A stretch of DNA of 63,997 nt, the filler included, from Octopus bimaculoides (lineage: Eukaryota), in assembly GCF_001194135.2 (NCBI RefSeq). It is 4 parts of 4 records of this genome, joined end to end, with 100 filler letters (N's around TTAATTAATTAA, not from the genome) between each part and the next. Parts side by side here need not be neighbours in the genome. Positions count along the whole stretch, not along the records: positions 1 to 23,559 come from NC_068984.1; positions 23,660 to 53,732 come from NC_068997.1; 2 more parts are not named here. One strand, written 5' to 3'. This document shows positions 13,433 to 24,995 of this stretch, in pieces. Each line of letters begins with the position of its first letter. Within the stretch, counting starts at the first letter, position 1. The notes beneath the pieces are model-generated. The model was not told the origin of the DNA. It ran no database searches and worked only from the letters and a program-made list of their open reading frames with translations. Position numbers and translations under genes: made by a program.

Positions 13433-14420
13433 GGAGATGGTATCAATAAGTTCCCGGATTATTTCTCTAGCGCGCCAACAGATTGCAGAGTGACATCGCT
13501 GTGTTTACTTAGCAAGTTTTTGATATTGCACACCTGCGATTTTGTGATGAGAAGGAAGTTGAAACATACAGTCAGCGTGAAATTTTTGCATTAAACGTGG
13601 GACGTTTTATTACAGAGACATCGAACATGCATCGGCACGCTTACAGCGTTGAGGAAATGGGTCGTACACAAGATTTCATGTGGTACAGGCGACTCAAAAA
13701 CGGAGGAACGTCCCTGGAAGTATATGAGTGAACTGAAATATCTGCCACGAGCGTCACTCATGGAAATGTGGAGAAAATACATCAGCTTGTGCATGAGGAT
13801 CATCGAAAGACAATCAACGACATTGTTGATGTTCTTGGTCTGTTGTATGGGTTCATGCACTCAAACCTAACGCCTGAGTTGAACATGTGGTGTGTCTCTG
13901 CCAAGTTTGTCCCCCGCCTGCAGACCACTGAGCAGAAAGAACATCGGAAAGTTGTCCCCCGGGTCCAATCGAGAGTTCTACTGCGACGTTTCGAAGCGTT
14001 TGGGGGAGGACATTCGGTGAAAGCGACCGAATCTGTGGATCACTAAGAATTGGATTATTCACGACGACAATGCACTCTGTCACCGAGCTCTCTTCGAGAG
14101 GTTCTCACCAAAAACAATATGTTGTCGCTTCCGCACCCACCCTATTCGCCAGATTGAGCACCTGCGGACTTCAATCTCTTCCCTAAGATGAAAATGTAGC
14201 TCAAAGTCACCGTTGTTGAGATCCAGAGCGAATCGTAGAAGGTCCTCGACTCGCTTACGGAAAATGACTTCCAGGCCGGATTCCAAAAGTGGCAGGAACT
14301 CTGAGTCCGGTGTATTGCTGAGCAAGGTAACTCTTTCGAAGGCGATGATGTTGAAATTTAGGTAAATAAGCTATTTTTTATTAAACATAACTAGTCCGGG
14401 AACGTTTTGATACCACCTCG
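13433..14420 (+). mobile_element. Mariner (DD34D) transposon, internally deleted and non-autonomous
   Basis: About 28-bp TIRs (ggagatggtatcaataagttcccgga / tccgggaacgttttgataccacctcg) flanked by TA on both sides. Transposase remnants SAKFVPRL, WIIHDDNA, HPPYSPDxAPADFNLFPKMK. Confidence 0.9.
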
Positions 14421-15439
14421 TACGTCTATAAATAATGCTATCTTGAAACATATGCTGCAGCTTATCGGGCTTTCAAAGATGTATCTGCTTTAAGTATTTT
14501 ACACATACAGACGCGCGCACACATACACACGCACAAACGTACATACACACATGCATACACACATATATACATATATACATGCATACATGTATACTATTGA
14601 GTTATATAAACAGAAAGATATTATCCTCTCTCTCCTACATGGCATATGGATATGCCACCCACACCTACTGCCTATGAACTGCCAGATCCCTCACTAATGG
14701 ATTTCACACATACTTCATTCGTTGAAAAGTGTCTCTCTGAAATTTCATTCGTGTCGACATTTATCTTGCTCATTATATTACCGAACGTTGAATTGCATCG
14801 GTATCGATAGTTAGAGAGGAGATGCAAATATCGTGGACATTGTCTCTATTTCTGACATGCAGAACCCGAACAATATGTTTTATGCATATGCTTCTGAGAT
14901 TATTCTTGTAAAGTTGTTCATGCATAGGCTTCACGGTTCGTCACAAATTCACAATGAGACCCAACATTATATTCGAACTCAAGATCTATCAGATGGTAAT
15001 TTGATAATTTATTCACTGAAGCAGTATTGTTTCTATAATAGACACACGCATACGTATACAACTGCGAAAGCTGAAGTATGTTTTGCCTATGATTATAGGC
15101 AGCTACATACATAGTGAAATAAAGGTACAAGGTGTATTCTTGAAGCGTTGAGAATGTTTTAGGAGAGGCAGTTATATATGTCCTTGGTTATTATAATTTT
15201 AGTACATCATTACTATACATATAATAAGCTGACCTACCGACTTCTATTATTCTAGAAAGAAGGATATGGCTGTAATAGCACTTTGAATACATCCTGTTAA
15301 ACAATGCTTGTCACAGTTAGATAGTTTGCAGAATACAGTTGGGACGTGAGGACAATTTCGAAGCTCGCGATGCAGTAAAGTTTTGTGTTAAACTGGACAA
15401 AAACGCTGCACAAACTCATGAAATGCTACAGATTTTGTT

Positions 15440-16060
15440 TTCTACTCTAGTCACAGGGCCCGATTAGATCGACCCCAGTACACAACTGGTACTTAATTTA
15501 TCGACACAGAAAGGATGAAAGGCAAAGTTGACCTCGGCGGAATTTGAACTTAGAACGTAAAGACAGACGAAGTGCCGCTATGCATTTCGCACGTCGTGCT
15601 AACGTTTCTTATTTCTTTACTGCCCACAAGGGGCTACACACAGAGGGAATACCCAAGGACAGACAAATGGATTAAGTCGATCATATCGACCCCAGTGCGT
15701 AACTGGTACTTATTTAATCGACCCCGAAAGGATGAAAGGCAAAGTCGACCTCGGCGGAATTTAAACTCAGAACGTAGAGGCAGACGAAATATCGCTAAGT
15801 ATTTTGCCCGGCGTACTCTCGATTCTTATTTCTTTATTGCCCACAAGGGGCTAAACATAGAGGGGACAAACAAGGACAGACAAAGTGATTAAGTCGATTA
15901 CATCGACCCCAGTGCGCAACTGGTACTTAATTTATCCACCCCGAAAGGATGAATGGCAAAGTCGACCTCGGCGGAATTTGAACTCAGAACGTAAGGGCAG
16001 ACGAAATGTCTCTAAGCATTTTTCCCGGTGTACTACCGTTTCTGCCAGCTCGCCGCCTTT
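15440..16060 (-). mobile_element. Head-to-tail array of three family B SINE units
   Basis: The unit gaaaggatgaaaggcaaagtcgacctcggcggaattt occurs at ~15510, 15727 and ~15945. Only the 16060 unit has a full head. Confidence 0.85.
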
Positions 16061-16199
16061 CATGAAATGCTACAGACTGCTGATGTATAAACTGAGCATC
16101 TGCTTTTTCGCTGGCACGTGAGGTTCAAGGACTCTATAGAGAAGGTGAAAGAATAAGAGGAGTGCGATGGAGAGGGATGTTGGTGTGGCAACTGTACAC

Positions 16200-16725
16200 A
16201 ATTATTCATGAAGATCTGAACGTGCACAACATTTCTGCAAAGTTTATTCTCTGAGGGATCAGTGATGAACAGAAAAAAAAATAGACGCGTTGATTACAAC
16301 AGGGAGGTTGTTGTTCTCATTACCTCCAATCTTGAGTTTTTGGTGACCTTGGAAAAAATCCGGATCTATTATTATAATCCAGAGTTCAAGAGACAGAATG
16401 CCAAATGGAAGTATCGTGGCTTCCCTAGACTGAAGAAGCTCAGGCAAAGCAAGTTCATGATTTTACTCAGTTTCGACAAGGGAATCATCTATATCCACAT
16501 GATACCCTCTGACCAGACGGTCAACAAAGAGTACTTTGAGGAGGTTTTGAAAGAATCCAGGAAGAGAGTTCATCGCAAAAGTTCAATGCTCTACCAGTCA
16601 AGTACAGACACACCAGGAGCACGCACTTATTGGTAATTTCATCCTAGTAACCAACTACTTGACAGAACCGGATAGTAAAACTGTCCCTCACAGTCCCTAC
16701 AGTCAACACCCTACTCACAGTAACA
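16200..16725 (+). mobile_element. Old mariner transposase relic
   Basis: ISAKF.., WIYYYNPE-like RIYYYNPEFKRQNAKW, KKLRQSK, HMIPSDQTVNKEYFEEVLK, VPHSPYS. No TIRs recognised. Confidence 0.75.
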
Positions 16726-17759
16726 TTTGTGTGTCTGTACTTGAATGTTACCCGTCATATGTATGTGTATGTATATATATATATGCCTAACGATCACGCA
16801 ATATTAAGCATTAAAAAATAGCATATCATGCGAGTGAGACGTGAATTCAGTCACTAGCTGTTAAGTAACTCTTGAGTTAATAGTCATTATTTGCCATTTG
16901 TACACGTATGTTTGAATACAGTTGTCCTTGTGTATTTGTGGATGCATATGTGTGTCTGTATAGCGTATATATGCACACGCTCGTGTTTGTATGCGTATGT
17001 GTACCGTGACAGTCATACGTCAGTGTATTAAAATGTGTTTTGCAATTCTTCAGCCTTTCAGCCAATGTGTATTCGAGAGTGTATTTATTGACAATTTTTC
17101 CTGAAATTCAATATAACCGCCTCACGACATTTATCTTTTGGTATTAAACGCACGTGAATCATCAATTGATTTGTTTTTGATTACAGATTTATCTAATAAT
17201 TCGATTCTCTTTTAGCACCTTAGCAAAACAATTCCTATTGATAATCTTTAGAAAACCTCACATATTCTTCTTCCACTTAAATAGAAATAAACAGTTAGTT
17301 GCTTTCGGTAAGTTTTAGAAATTTATTCCGTATTGCAAACACGTATTTTAAAAAGTTTATCGATGCTCTAGGATAGTTAGTTTTTCAGTTGAAAATGTTG
17401 TTACATTTTGACAACATCTAAGCAAATAAATATATTGAATGAAATATATTTTGTCTCAAGAGAATATTTCAGCAAATTCAACTAATTTGTGTGCGCATAT
17501 TTCGAGTTTTGTATGGTTTTAGAATATAAAATATAGGACAGCAGAAAGAAAATTAATGAAATTCTTTTCATTAGTAACAAAAATAAAATGTAAAGCTGTT
17601 TTTGCGCAATTTTGAGTAAGTTATAATATAGTTACACCATATATAGATGGAAAATTCTATTTCAAACTATTGCTTTAGTTATATTTAATCATTTTAGAAC
17701 AAGATGATAGTAATGTCATGGCATTGGACAAATGTTTTGAATTATTTTTTCCGGCCCTG

Positions 17760-17905
17760 TACGTTTTTGAGTTCAAATCCCACCGAGTTCAACTCAGCCT
17801 TTCATCCCTCAATGACCGATAAAATTAAACCACCAATCAAGTACCGGAGTCGATATTATCGACTAACAAACCTCCCTTGAAAATTGTTGCATTCGTGCCT
17901 ACATC
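17760..17905 (+). mobile_element. Degenerate family B SINE
   Basis: gagttcaaatcccaccgagttcaactcagcctttcatcc..gagtcgatattatcgact. Confidence 0.65.
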
Positions 17906-18511
17906 AGAAACATATATAATTTCTTTTTATATTCAATATTTTTGAAAATGGAAAAAATGAAAAGATGCAACATGCACGATTTTCATAATATAATGGCTTC
18001 TTATTAATTGAAACCGCATCTTTCCTTTATTGGGATCACTACCTAAGTCTCGAAGATACTTGTCCCTAACTAGTTAAATTAGTTTCCACCAGCAGCGAGC
18101 TTTGACATCATTTAATTTCACTGTCTTTTCAACACTACTTGACTTATCTCACTTCTCGAAAAGAGAATAGAGACAAACACAACCAAAGTTACTATAAATA
18201 AATAATAGAGAATCGACAACAAGCTCAGGAAAGCTTTACGTTGTTGCTTAACTTGTTCGAAATAGAAGTACAATCTCTCTTTCATCATACTTGAAAATCT
18301 TACAAAAAGAGGACACATTCGATAATGCATTCCTAGATAGAACCAAAATGACACGGCAGTCATTGATGGAATGTGTTTTAATCATAGACACACAAGTTCA
18401 GATTTGACTTGGAGCAAAATATCAAGAATTGCTTACGAAAATAAACGAAAGCAGTTGAATAGTAGGATAACGCCGACAGGGTTTCAACGAAATGTAGCAT
18501 TCTATGGGATT

Positions 18512-18691
18512 TTTTTTCAGCTCTATATTTAAGAGATGAGGAATTATGTACTTTATTTATATTTGACGGATATTTGTCCTCATCTTGTTTGTTGTTAAGA
18601 CAACGTTTCGGCTGATATACCCTCTAGCCTTCATCAGGTGTCTCGGGGAAATTTCGAACGTGGGTATTTTTCGATGTTACTATTATTATTT
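18512..18691 (-). mobile_element. 3' module of hammerhead-bearing SINE-like repeat (copy 1)
   Basis: Reverse complement of 19925-20075: (aat)n-aacatcgaaaaatac..ttcgaaatttccccgagacacctgatgaaggct..ccgaaacgtt..gaggacaaatatccgtc..ctgA9. Confidence 0.75.
18597..18642 (-). ncRNA. Minimal type I hammerhead ribozyme motif
   Basis: gacac-CUGAUGA-a-ggcua(gaggguauau)cagcc-GAA-ACGU-U-gucuu. The G10.1-C11.1 pair is intact. Stems I and II each have one mismatch. Confidence 0.6.
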
Positions 18692-19052
18692 TAATTTTGA
18701 CTTTTGTTTTGCATTTGTACAAGTTGGATCCAAGTCTCACCCAGAGACCTCAAGAGACAACAAGTTAGAAGTTCATGTAGATGTTATGCCTAGAGTACCA
18801 TATATTTGGATTTGTACAGTTGTGTTCTAGTGAATGTTTAAGAAACCATAAGAAAATTATGTTTGTTTTAAAATTTGAGATCACATAGACAGTATTTTAC
18901 GTAGGATATGGGCAGTTCCCATGAGCACTATCTTTTGAACTTCAGCCATTTTGGGGTTTCCTGGTATCTGAGCTAGGTAGTAATCAGCCCGTTTCGCTGT
19001 CATTCCCAGGGCACCTATGACAATAGGCATTGTTTTCGTCTTCAGATTACAC
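18692..19052 (-). mobile_element. R4/Dong 3' end, subfamily A
   Basis: NLKTKTMPIVIGALGMTAKRADYYLAQIPGNPKMAEVQKIVLMGTAHILRKILSM*, then a 3' UTR ending on (TAA)n. The 5' side runs into an N gap. Confidence 0.85.
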
Positions 19053-19270
19053 NNNNNNNNNNNNNNNNNNNNNNNNNNNNNNNNNNNNNNNNNNNNNNNN
19101 NNNNNNNNNNNNNNNNNNNNNNNNNNNNNNNNNNNNNNNNNNNNNNNNNNNNNNNNNNNNNNNNNNNNNNNNNNNNNNNNNNNNNNNNNNNNNNNNNNNN
19201 NNNNNNNNNNNNNNNNNNNNNNNNNNNNNNNNNNNNNNNNNNNNNNNNNNNNNNNNNNNNNNNNNNNNNN

Positions 19271-19365
<95 letters not shown>

Positions 19366-19366
<1 letters not shown>

Positions 19367-19755
19367 TAGTAGCTTTATTTTTATAGCGTGCTTTCACTTC
19401 ACTACCGAGCGCAGCTCTGTGTACTTTGGGTATGTTCTATGGTTTGCTGTGATGCTCTTATGGTTACTGTATTGAAAGTGCTTTGTGTAGGATGTTTGCA
19501 GTGCCCAGTAGTGCAATTTTCTGTATGTTATATGTATTTGTAAATCCTGGTGTTTTTGTTATGTATTTGTCTGAATATTTTTTTATCATACCTAAGGCGC
19601 CTACTATGATAGTAATTGTTTCTGTTTTTAGATTCCACCTTCGAGTTACCTCTATTTCTAGGTCTTTATATTTTGAAAGTTTCTCCATTTCTTTTAAGGA
19701 AACGTTGTCATCTGCTCGTATTGATACATCAATTAGAAAGCATTGTTTCCTGCAT
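19366..19755 (-). mobile_element. R4/Dong 3' end, subfamily B, 5'-truncated
   Basis: CFLIDVSIRADDNVSLKEMEKLSKYKDLEIEVTRRWNLKT..IIVGALG..IQKIALLGTANILHKALSIQ*, with the 3' UTR ending in (TAA)n. Confidence 0.9.
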
Positions 19756-19834
19756 AACCCCAAGATTCCGAGTTCGATTCCTGGCAGTGACCTCAATAAT
19801 AATAATAATGATGATGATGATGATGACAATAATA

Positions 19835-19909
<75 letters not shown>

Positions 19910-20095
19910 GCAACAAAAACAACGATAACATCGAAAGATACCTTAGGAAAAATACCCAGGTTCAAAATTTCCCCAAGACACCTGATGAAGGCTGGAGGGT
20001 ATATCAGCAGAAACGTTGTGTTAACAACAAACAAGATGAGGACAAATATTCGTCAATTGTAAATAATATAAATAATATAAATAATGCAAATAATA
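19756..20095 (+). mobile_element. Hammerhead-bearing tRNA-derived SINE-like repeat (copy 2)
   Basis: 3' half of a tRNA-like head with B box gagttcgattcc (19770-19781), an (AAT)n spacer, the hammerhead module and four terminal ~9-nt (gtaaataat) repeats. Confidence 0.7.
19977..20022 (+). ncRNA. Minimal type I hammerhead ribozyme motif
   Basis: gacac-CUGAUGA-a-ggcug(gaggguauau)cagca-GAA-ACGU-U-guguu. Stem I is complete. The A at 20009 breaks the stem II closing pair. Confidence 0.6.
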
Positions 20096-21129
20096 TACCG
20101 TTTTTGTTTTTTTCATTTCACTGCATCCCAGGCAAATTAATATTGATTTCATGGAACACCGTAATATGGCACAAGTCCGATTAAAACGACTACACGATGT
20201 ACTCTGATATTTTTTTATTATTATCAATAGAAGAAAAAAAAACTACTGAATTTCAGAACATGAAATCAACTATTTATACGGCAGTTGGTGCAGTATCATA
20301 CTGATACTGTTTCTGCCAGCCTATCATTTTATTGGTTAAATGATATTTCTGTTCATAGACATTCTGTGATAATAATAGCTTTGTGATATTCTTTAAGATA
20401 TAAATATTATTTCTGTTCAAATAAATATCCGATGCGTTTGCATGCTGGGTTTGTAGATTAATATTTCCGTTTTTTTGTTTTTTTTTTATAAAGAGTCTGG
20501 TTTCATGAATGTATGTATGTATTCTATCTTTGAAAGCTTGTTTAATGCTCTTTGATAACTTGTGACTACTACAATACTTTTACGTTTATTAGAACTGGAA
20601 TAAATTACCAATTGTGATCTTTCTGATTCAAGGTATGTAGGTAGATGCGAAATAGTAACTATTTTGCTGGTGTTGAACAAGGCTTCAGTACCATATAGTG
20701 TCACACTCCCGTAGTGGAAGAAACAGAAATTTAATGTTAAATGTGTAAAGAAAAACATGAAGGATGGGTTGTTATTTGTATCTTTATTTTAATTAATCTT
20801 GAAACATCTGTCCAAAAGCAACAAGGAAGAAACATTGTCTAAACAATAACGCTAACATTTTGCGTTTCTAACACCTTTTATGCTTTTATCCTCTTAATTG
20901 TTTCAGTCATCGAACCGTGGCTATACTTCACACGTCCGACTCACGTACAGCCTACAGAAGAGTCGCTATGATTGGCGCATGGGGTAGGGGTAGGGGTAAA
21001 GCCCCCTGCCCTCAAGGTTCTGGAGTTTTAGACTCTGATATCGGGGCCCAAAGTGGTGGCTCACTGAGCATTATACTTTGAAGACGCATTTAGTACTGAC
21101 CTGAATACCACGATGCATTCAGTACTGGT

Positions 21130-22610
21130 GACTGACCAGCAAATCAGCTGTAGATCTGATTTTCGAAGACGAGGTTCGTAAAGCAATAAATCAGCTGAAG
21201 GATAGTAAGGCAGGCGATATTTGTGGAATCCTTGGGGAGATAATCAAGAAAGGTGGGATTTCTGCAGCCTTGTTCTTGTTGGATATCATCTGCTCAATCT
21301 AAATCAGTGAGATCGTGCTGCCTGACAGGAAAAGGGGTATAAGTATCCAACTCTGCAAAGATAAAGGCGATCGTCACAACTGCAACAATTATAGGGCTGT
21401 TACACACTTCTCAGTGCCCGGTAAGGTCTTCGCCAGGGTCATTCTGAAGAGAGTGCGAAATGATTTGCTTGTGTCTCAACAGGCCGAAGTAGTCAAATAC
21501 AGACAGGATCCTGGCTCAGCTCTTCGTGTACTCATTCAACGCTAGCAGAGCTTTCAGCGGGGGTTGCATGCAGCCTATTTTGACTTGGAAAACGCGTTTG
21601 ACTCGGTAGATAGTGATGCCAGACTCTGAAACTGCGAGATATACGTCCTTAACTGATTAGGTTGATGAGGTCTTGTACACTGGAACAGTCAGTGCAGTTC
21701 GGATTGGGTTCTCAAATTCTGATTATTCCCAATTAGATTTGAAGTTCGTCAGCCCTGTGTCTTGGCTCCCGCTTTGTTCAGTTCCTGCATGGATTGAATA
21801 CTTGGCTAAATCGTGGCGAGAACGAATTGTGGTGCTCTCGTTGGTGAAACTAAGATTACAGACCTAGATTTTGCTGACGATGCAGTTATTCTTGATGAGT
21901 CTCTGGATGTCTTAAATAGCACTCTTCTTTCACTGAGTGAGAAAGTGGAAACACTAAGCCTCAGAGTCTCTTGGGTCAAGAGAAAGATTGAGTCTTTCGT
22001 TGTTTTTCTGGGGGATTCCCCTTCGTATGTCTCGGTTGTGAGTGAGAATGTTAAAGTTGTTGACTTCTTGATTTATCACGGCAGTGAGATTCATAGCTGC
22101 ATTAGCTGTGAGTCTGAAGTCCTAAAATGACTTGCACGCGCTGGTGCAGTTGTACACGAATTGGACAAGGGTCTTTGGAGTTGCCGATGTATGTGCAGGA
22201 GGAAAAAGGTTCGGATCTTTAGGCATATGGTCCTCCTTTCACAGGATTACGGGTTACCATCGGTCCGATTTCGTATCCAACCAGCGTCTCTGCTCAGAAA
22301 CTGGTATGCGACCTGTAATTTGTATGATTCGGGAGCTCCGGCTCAGACTGTTTGGCTACGTTGCTTGATTTTACGAGTTAGACTGTTTACTGTGTTGTCT
22401 TTACTTATGATTTGGTTGGGTGACGACTTGTGTAGGTTGACCACATGCACATGGTTACAGCAGATAATGGGGTGTCTTGTCGAGATAAGAACTGACTGGG
22501 AGGCTCGATAGGGTACCTGAAGAACCCGGGAATATACCGACAAATGGTGAATACAGCAACACATTCCAACAGCGCATGCCCCAACACATGACCTGACATG
22601 CTGATACACT
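21130..22610 (+). mobile_element. RTE-clade LINE relic (reverse transcriptase, frameshifted)
   Basis: EVRKAINQLKDSKAGDICGI, KGDRHNCNNYRAVTHFSVPGKVFARVIL, AYFDLENAFDSVD, KITDLDFADDAVIL, and a ctgac-like 3' end. Confidence 0.9.
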
Positions 22611-23520
22611 ACTCTGAACGTTTTAATCAAGCAACTTGACGCAAAACTTAATAGTTATTATATCGGACAAATTTGCCACACAGATTAGTTAAATTGATCT
22701 AAAGAAACTAACAGGTGTTAGTAATCTGTGTGGAAACAAACACAAGCACATAGCATATATGTTTTTGTGTGAGTGAGTGTGTATGTATGTGAGTTTGTGT
22801 ATGTACGTGTATGTACGACGGACTTTCCTATACTTTCTGTTTACAGAATTCTTTCAAATCGATCGGACCGGAGCTATATTAGAAGACATTTACCCAAAAA
22901 GTGCCTTGTAGTGGGACTGAACTCCAAATCAAATGGTTGCAAAACGAAATTTTTAACCATACAAACATGCTTGCTCCTATATTTATGCAACTAGGAATTT
23001 ATTGAACTTAAGGACGAAATACTTTTCAAATACTAACAATGAAATATCTTTTTCATAATAAATATTTTGTACAACTGTTTTATTTCAAGTTTTACATTAC
23101 GTAGAATTGCTGAAATATTGAAAAATAGACATTTTCTGCTTGGCTAAGTTTTGGTATTGATATTTGGTTCGATACTGATGTTTTAAATTCAAGTCATACA
23201 TACAATTCCGTGCTTCGCCGATTACGAATGCAAGGTAATTTTTCAGACGAGGGTCAAATCCAGCTGACCATATTCTCCCAACGATTGTATAGCCGTCATT
23301 CTCAATGCAAAATGCAACCCACTTTAAATGGAATCACTTTCAGGTGATCAGTTGAATAGAAATTACTAGACATATGTTGCTGCTTCGAACTGCGATCGTT
23401 GATAATCTGTCATATACGATAAACGTCTGTCTCGAATATGCATTATAACATAACAGAGTAAGTAGCATAAATCAAAGATTCTTATCTATTAGGCAAAACA
23501 AAATGCAATTTCATTTTTTT

Positions 23521-23559
<39 letters not shown>

Positions 23560-23659
23560 NNNNNNNNNNNNNNNNNNNNNNNNNNNNNNNNNNNNNNNNN
23601 NNNTTAATTAATTAANNNNNNNNNNNNNNNNNNNNNNNNNNNNNNNNNNNNNNNNNNNN
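23560..23659. other. Synthetic 100-bp scaffold spacer N44-TTAATTAATTAA-N44 (also 53733-53832 and 62619-62718)
   Basis: Identical 44+12+44 layout three times. The 12-mer puts stops in all six frames. Confidence 0.95.
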
Positions 23660-23815
23660 TAAATCATCATCATCACCATCATCATCGTTTAACGTCCGCT
23701 TTCCAGGCTCCAATATAATGGAAGACTAGTCTCGAAGACATAGAAAGGTCCCGCATGTCTTATACTTCCGAAAATAGCATTGATTAAATTCTTGTAAGTT
23801 ATATATATATATATA

Positions 23816-24066
23816 TTGGGTTGGTGCATAATTATTGCGGCTTTTTATGAACAAATTTTATTCAACAAAAACAATAACAATATTTAACAAAAATGTCTTT
23901 GAATGATGGTCTGACTGTCTGCCAAGCAAATGGGAAGCAGTAATTGAAGTAGATGGAGATTATGCTCCGGAATAATCATTTAAAGATGCTTTTGTCACAT
24001 GTTGTTATTGTTTTTGTTGAAAAAAAATTATTGAAAAAAAGCTGCAATAATTATGCACCAACCCAA
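23816..24066 (+). mobile_element. Mariner-derived MITE (MADE1/Hsmar1-like TIR)
   Basis: TIR ttgggttggtgcataattattgc with TA flanks and extended subterminal inverted repeats. The core encodes the transposase C-terminus GLDCLPSKWEAVIEVDGDYAPE*. Confidence 0.9.
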
Positions 24067-24139
24067 TATATATACTGAGAAAAAAAGTCGTCAGAATTTT
24101 GGAAAAAAATCTTTTTATTTCTTCATTATTATCATGTGT

Positions 24140-24400
24140 CTAAATATTTGTCCTTTCCCTTGTCGGGAGTGAAGTGAGGATTTATTTCTGACGATTGATT
24201 CATCATTTAAATCTTTATTGCTGGAGAATTCTATAAGTTGGAGGCGGTGGTTGAAGCGTTCAATATTAGATTTCAGTTCAATGAGTTAAAAGGTGGGGGT
24301 CGGGGTAAACTTGAAACCTTTTAATAGGAGGTTCATCTCATTCTTGTTAAGGTTCCTATTTGACAAATTTATGATCTTTGGGTCTATATGTTACATGTGT
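24140..24400 (-). mobile_element. Penelope-like element ORF relic (N-terminal region)
   Basis: DPKIINLSNRNLNKNEMNLLLKGFKFTPTP..ELKSNIERFNHRLQLIEF..ESIVRNKS.FTPDKGKDKYLD matches the recalled PLE N-terminal motif. Confidence 0.7.
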
Positions 24401-24409
24401 TCATTTAAA

Positions 24410-24900
24410 TTATGTGTATTCTGGCAGCGTTCCTGCCACTGCTGGAAACATTTCTTGAAATCACTTTTTAGGAGGCTGTAGAGCTGTGCCATTGAATTTT
24501 GTTTAATGTCCTCTGTTCACTCAAATCTTCTCCCTTTGAGTGTTTTTTTTTTTTTTTTTTTTGAGCTTCGGGAATAGCCAAAAGTCACACAGAGCCAATT
24601 CTGGGGAGTAGGAAACCTGACGAACAAGGGGTGTGTTTTGCTTGACGAGGTATACTTGGACAACATGGGCAGAATGAATGAGTATGTTGTCATGGTGGAG
24701 TTTCCGGTTCTTTGCTGCCCACAGGTCAGGTCATATTCATCACACTGCTTCACGAAGGCAATGAAGAAACTTTGCAATTGTTTCATCATTTCTGCTAGTT
24801 GATGGCCTGCCACAACATGGCTCACTGTCCACTGAAGTGTGGCCACCTTTGAACTGGTTGTACCACTCCTATTTTGTTATGTCATGCTTTGTATTAAAAA
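24410..24900 (-). mobile_element. Mariner transposase relic, internally deleted
   Basis: EWYNxFKGG, KLHHDNILIHSAHVV, VSYSPELALCDFWLFPKLK..LKGRRFE, FKKCFQQWQER. Confidence 0.8.
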
Positions 24901-24956
24901 ATAAACTATAAATGTGGTCCAACCTATGTGTTGGTTAATCTGTGAATTTCTCCATT

Positions 24957-24995
<39 letters not shown>

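Noticed and set aside
15440-16060. Regularly spaced repeats resembling a CRISPR array
   Set aside because: The units are ~220-bp SINEs with no unique spacers or cas genes, in animal DNA.
20486-20758. 90-aa minus-strand ORF with ordinary composition
   Set aside because: No recognisable domain and no convincing splice-site pair.
23604-23615. TTAATTAATTAA palindrome, repeated at 53777 and 62663
   Set aside because: Always centred in N44+12+N44, so it is a synthetic six-frame-stop scaffold linker. Adjacency across these joins is uncertain.
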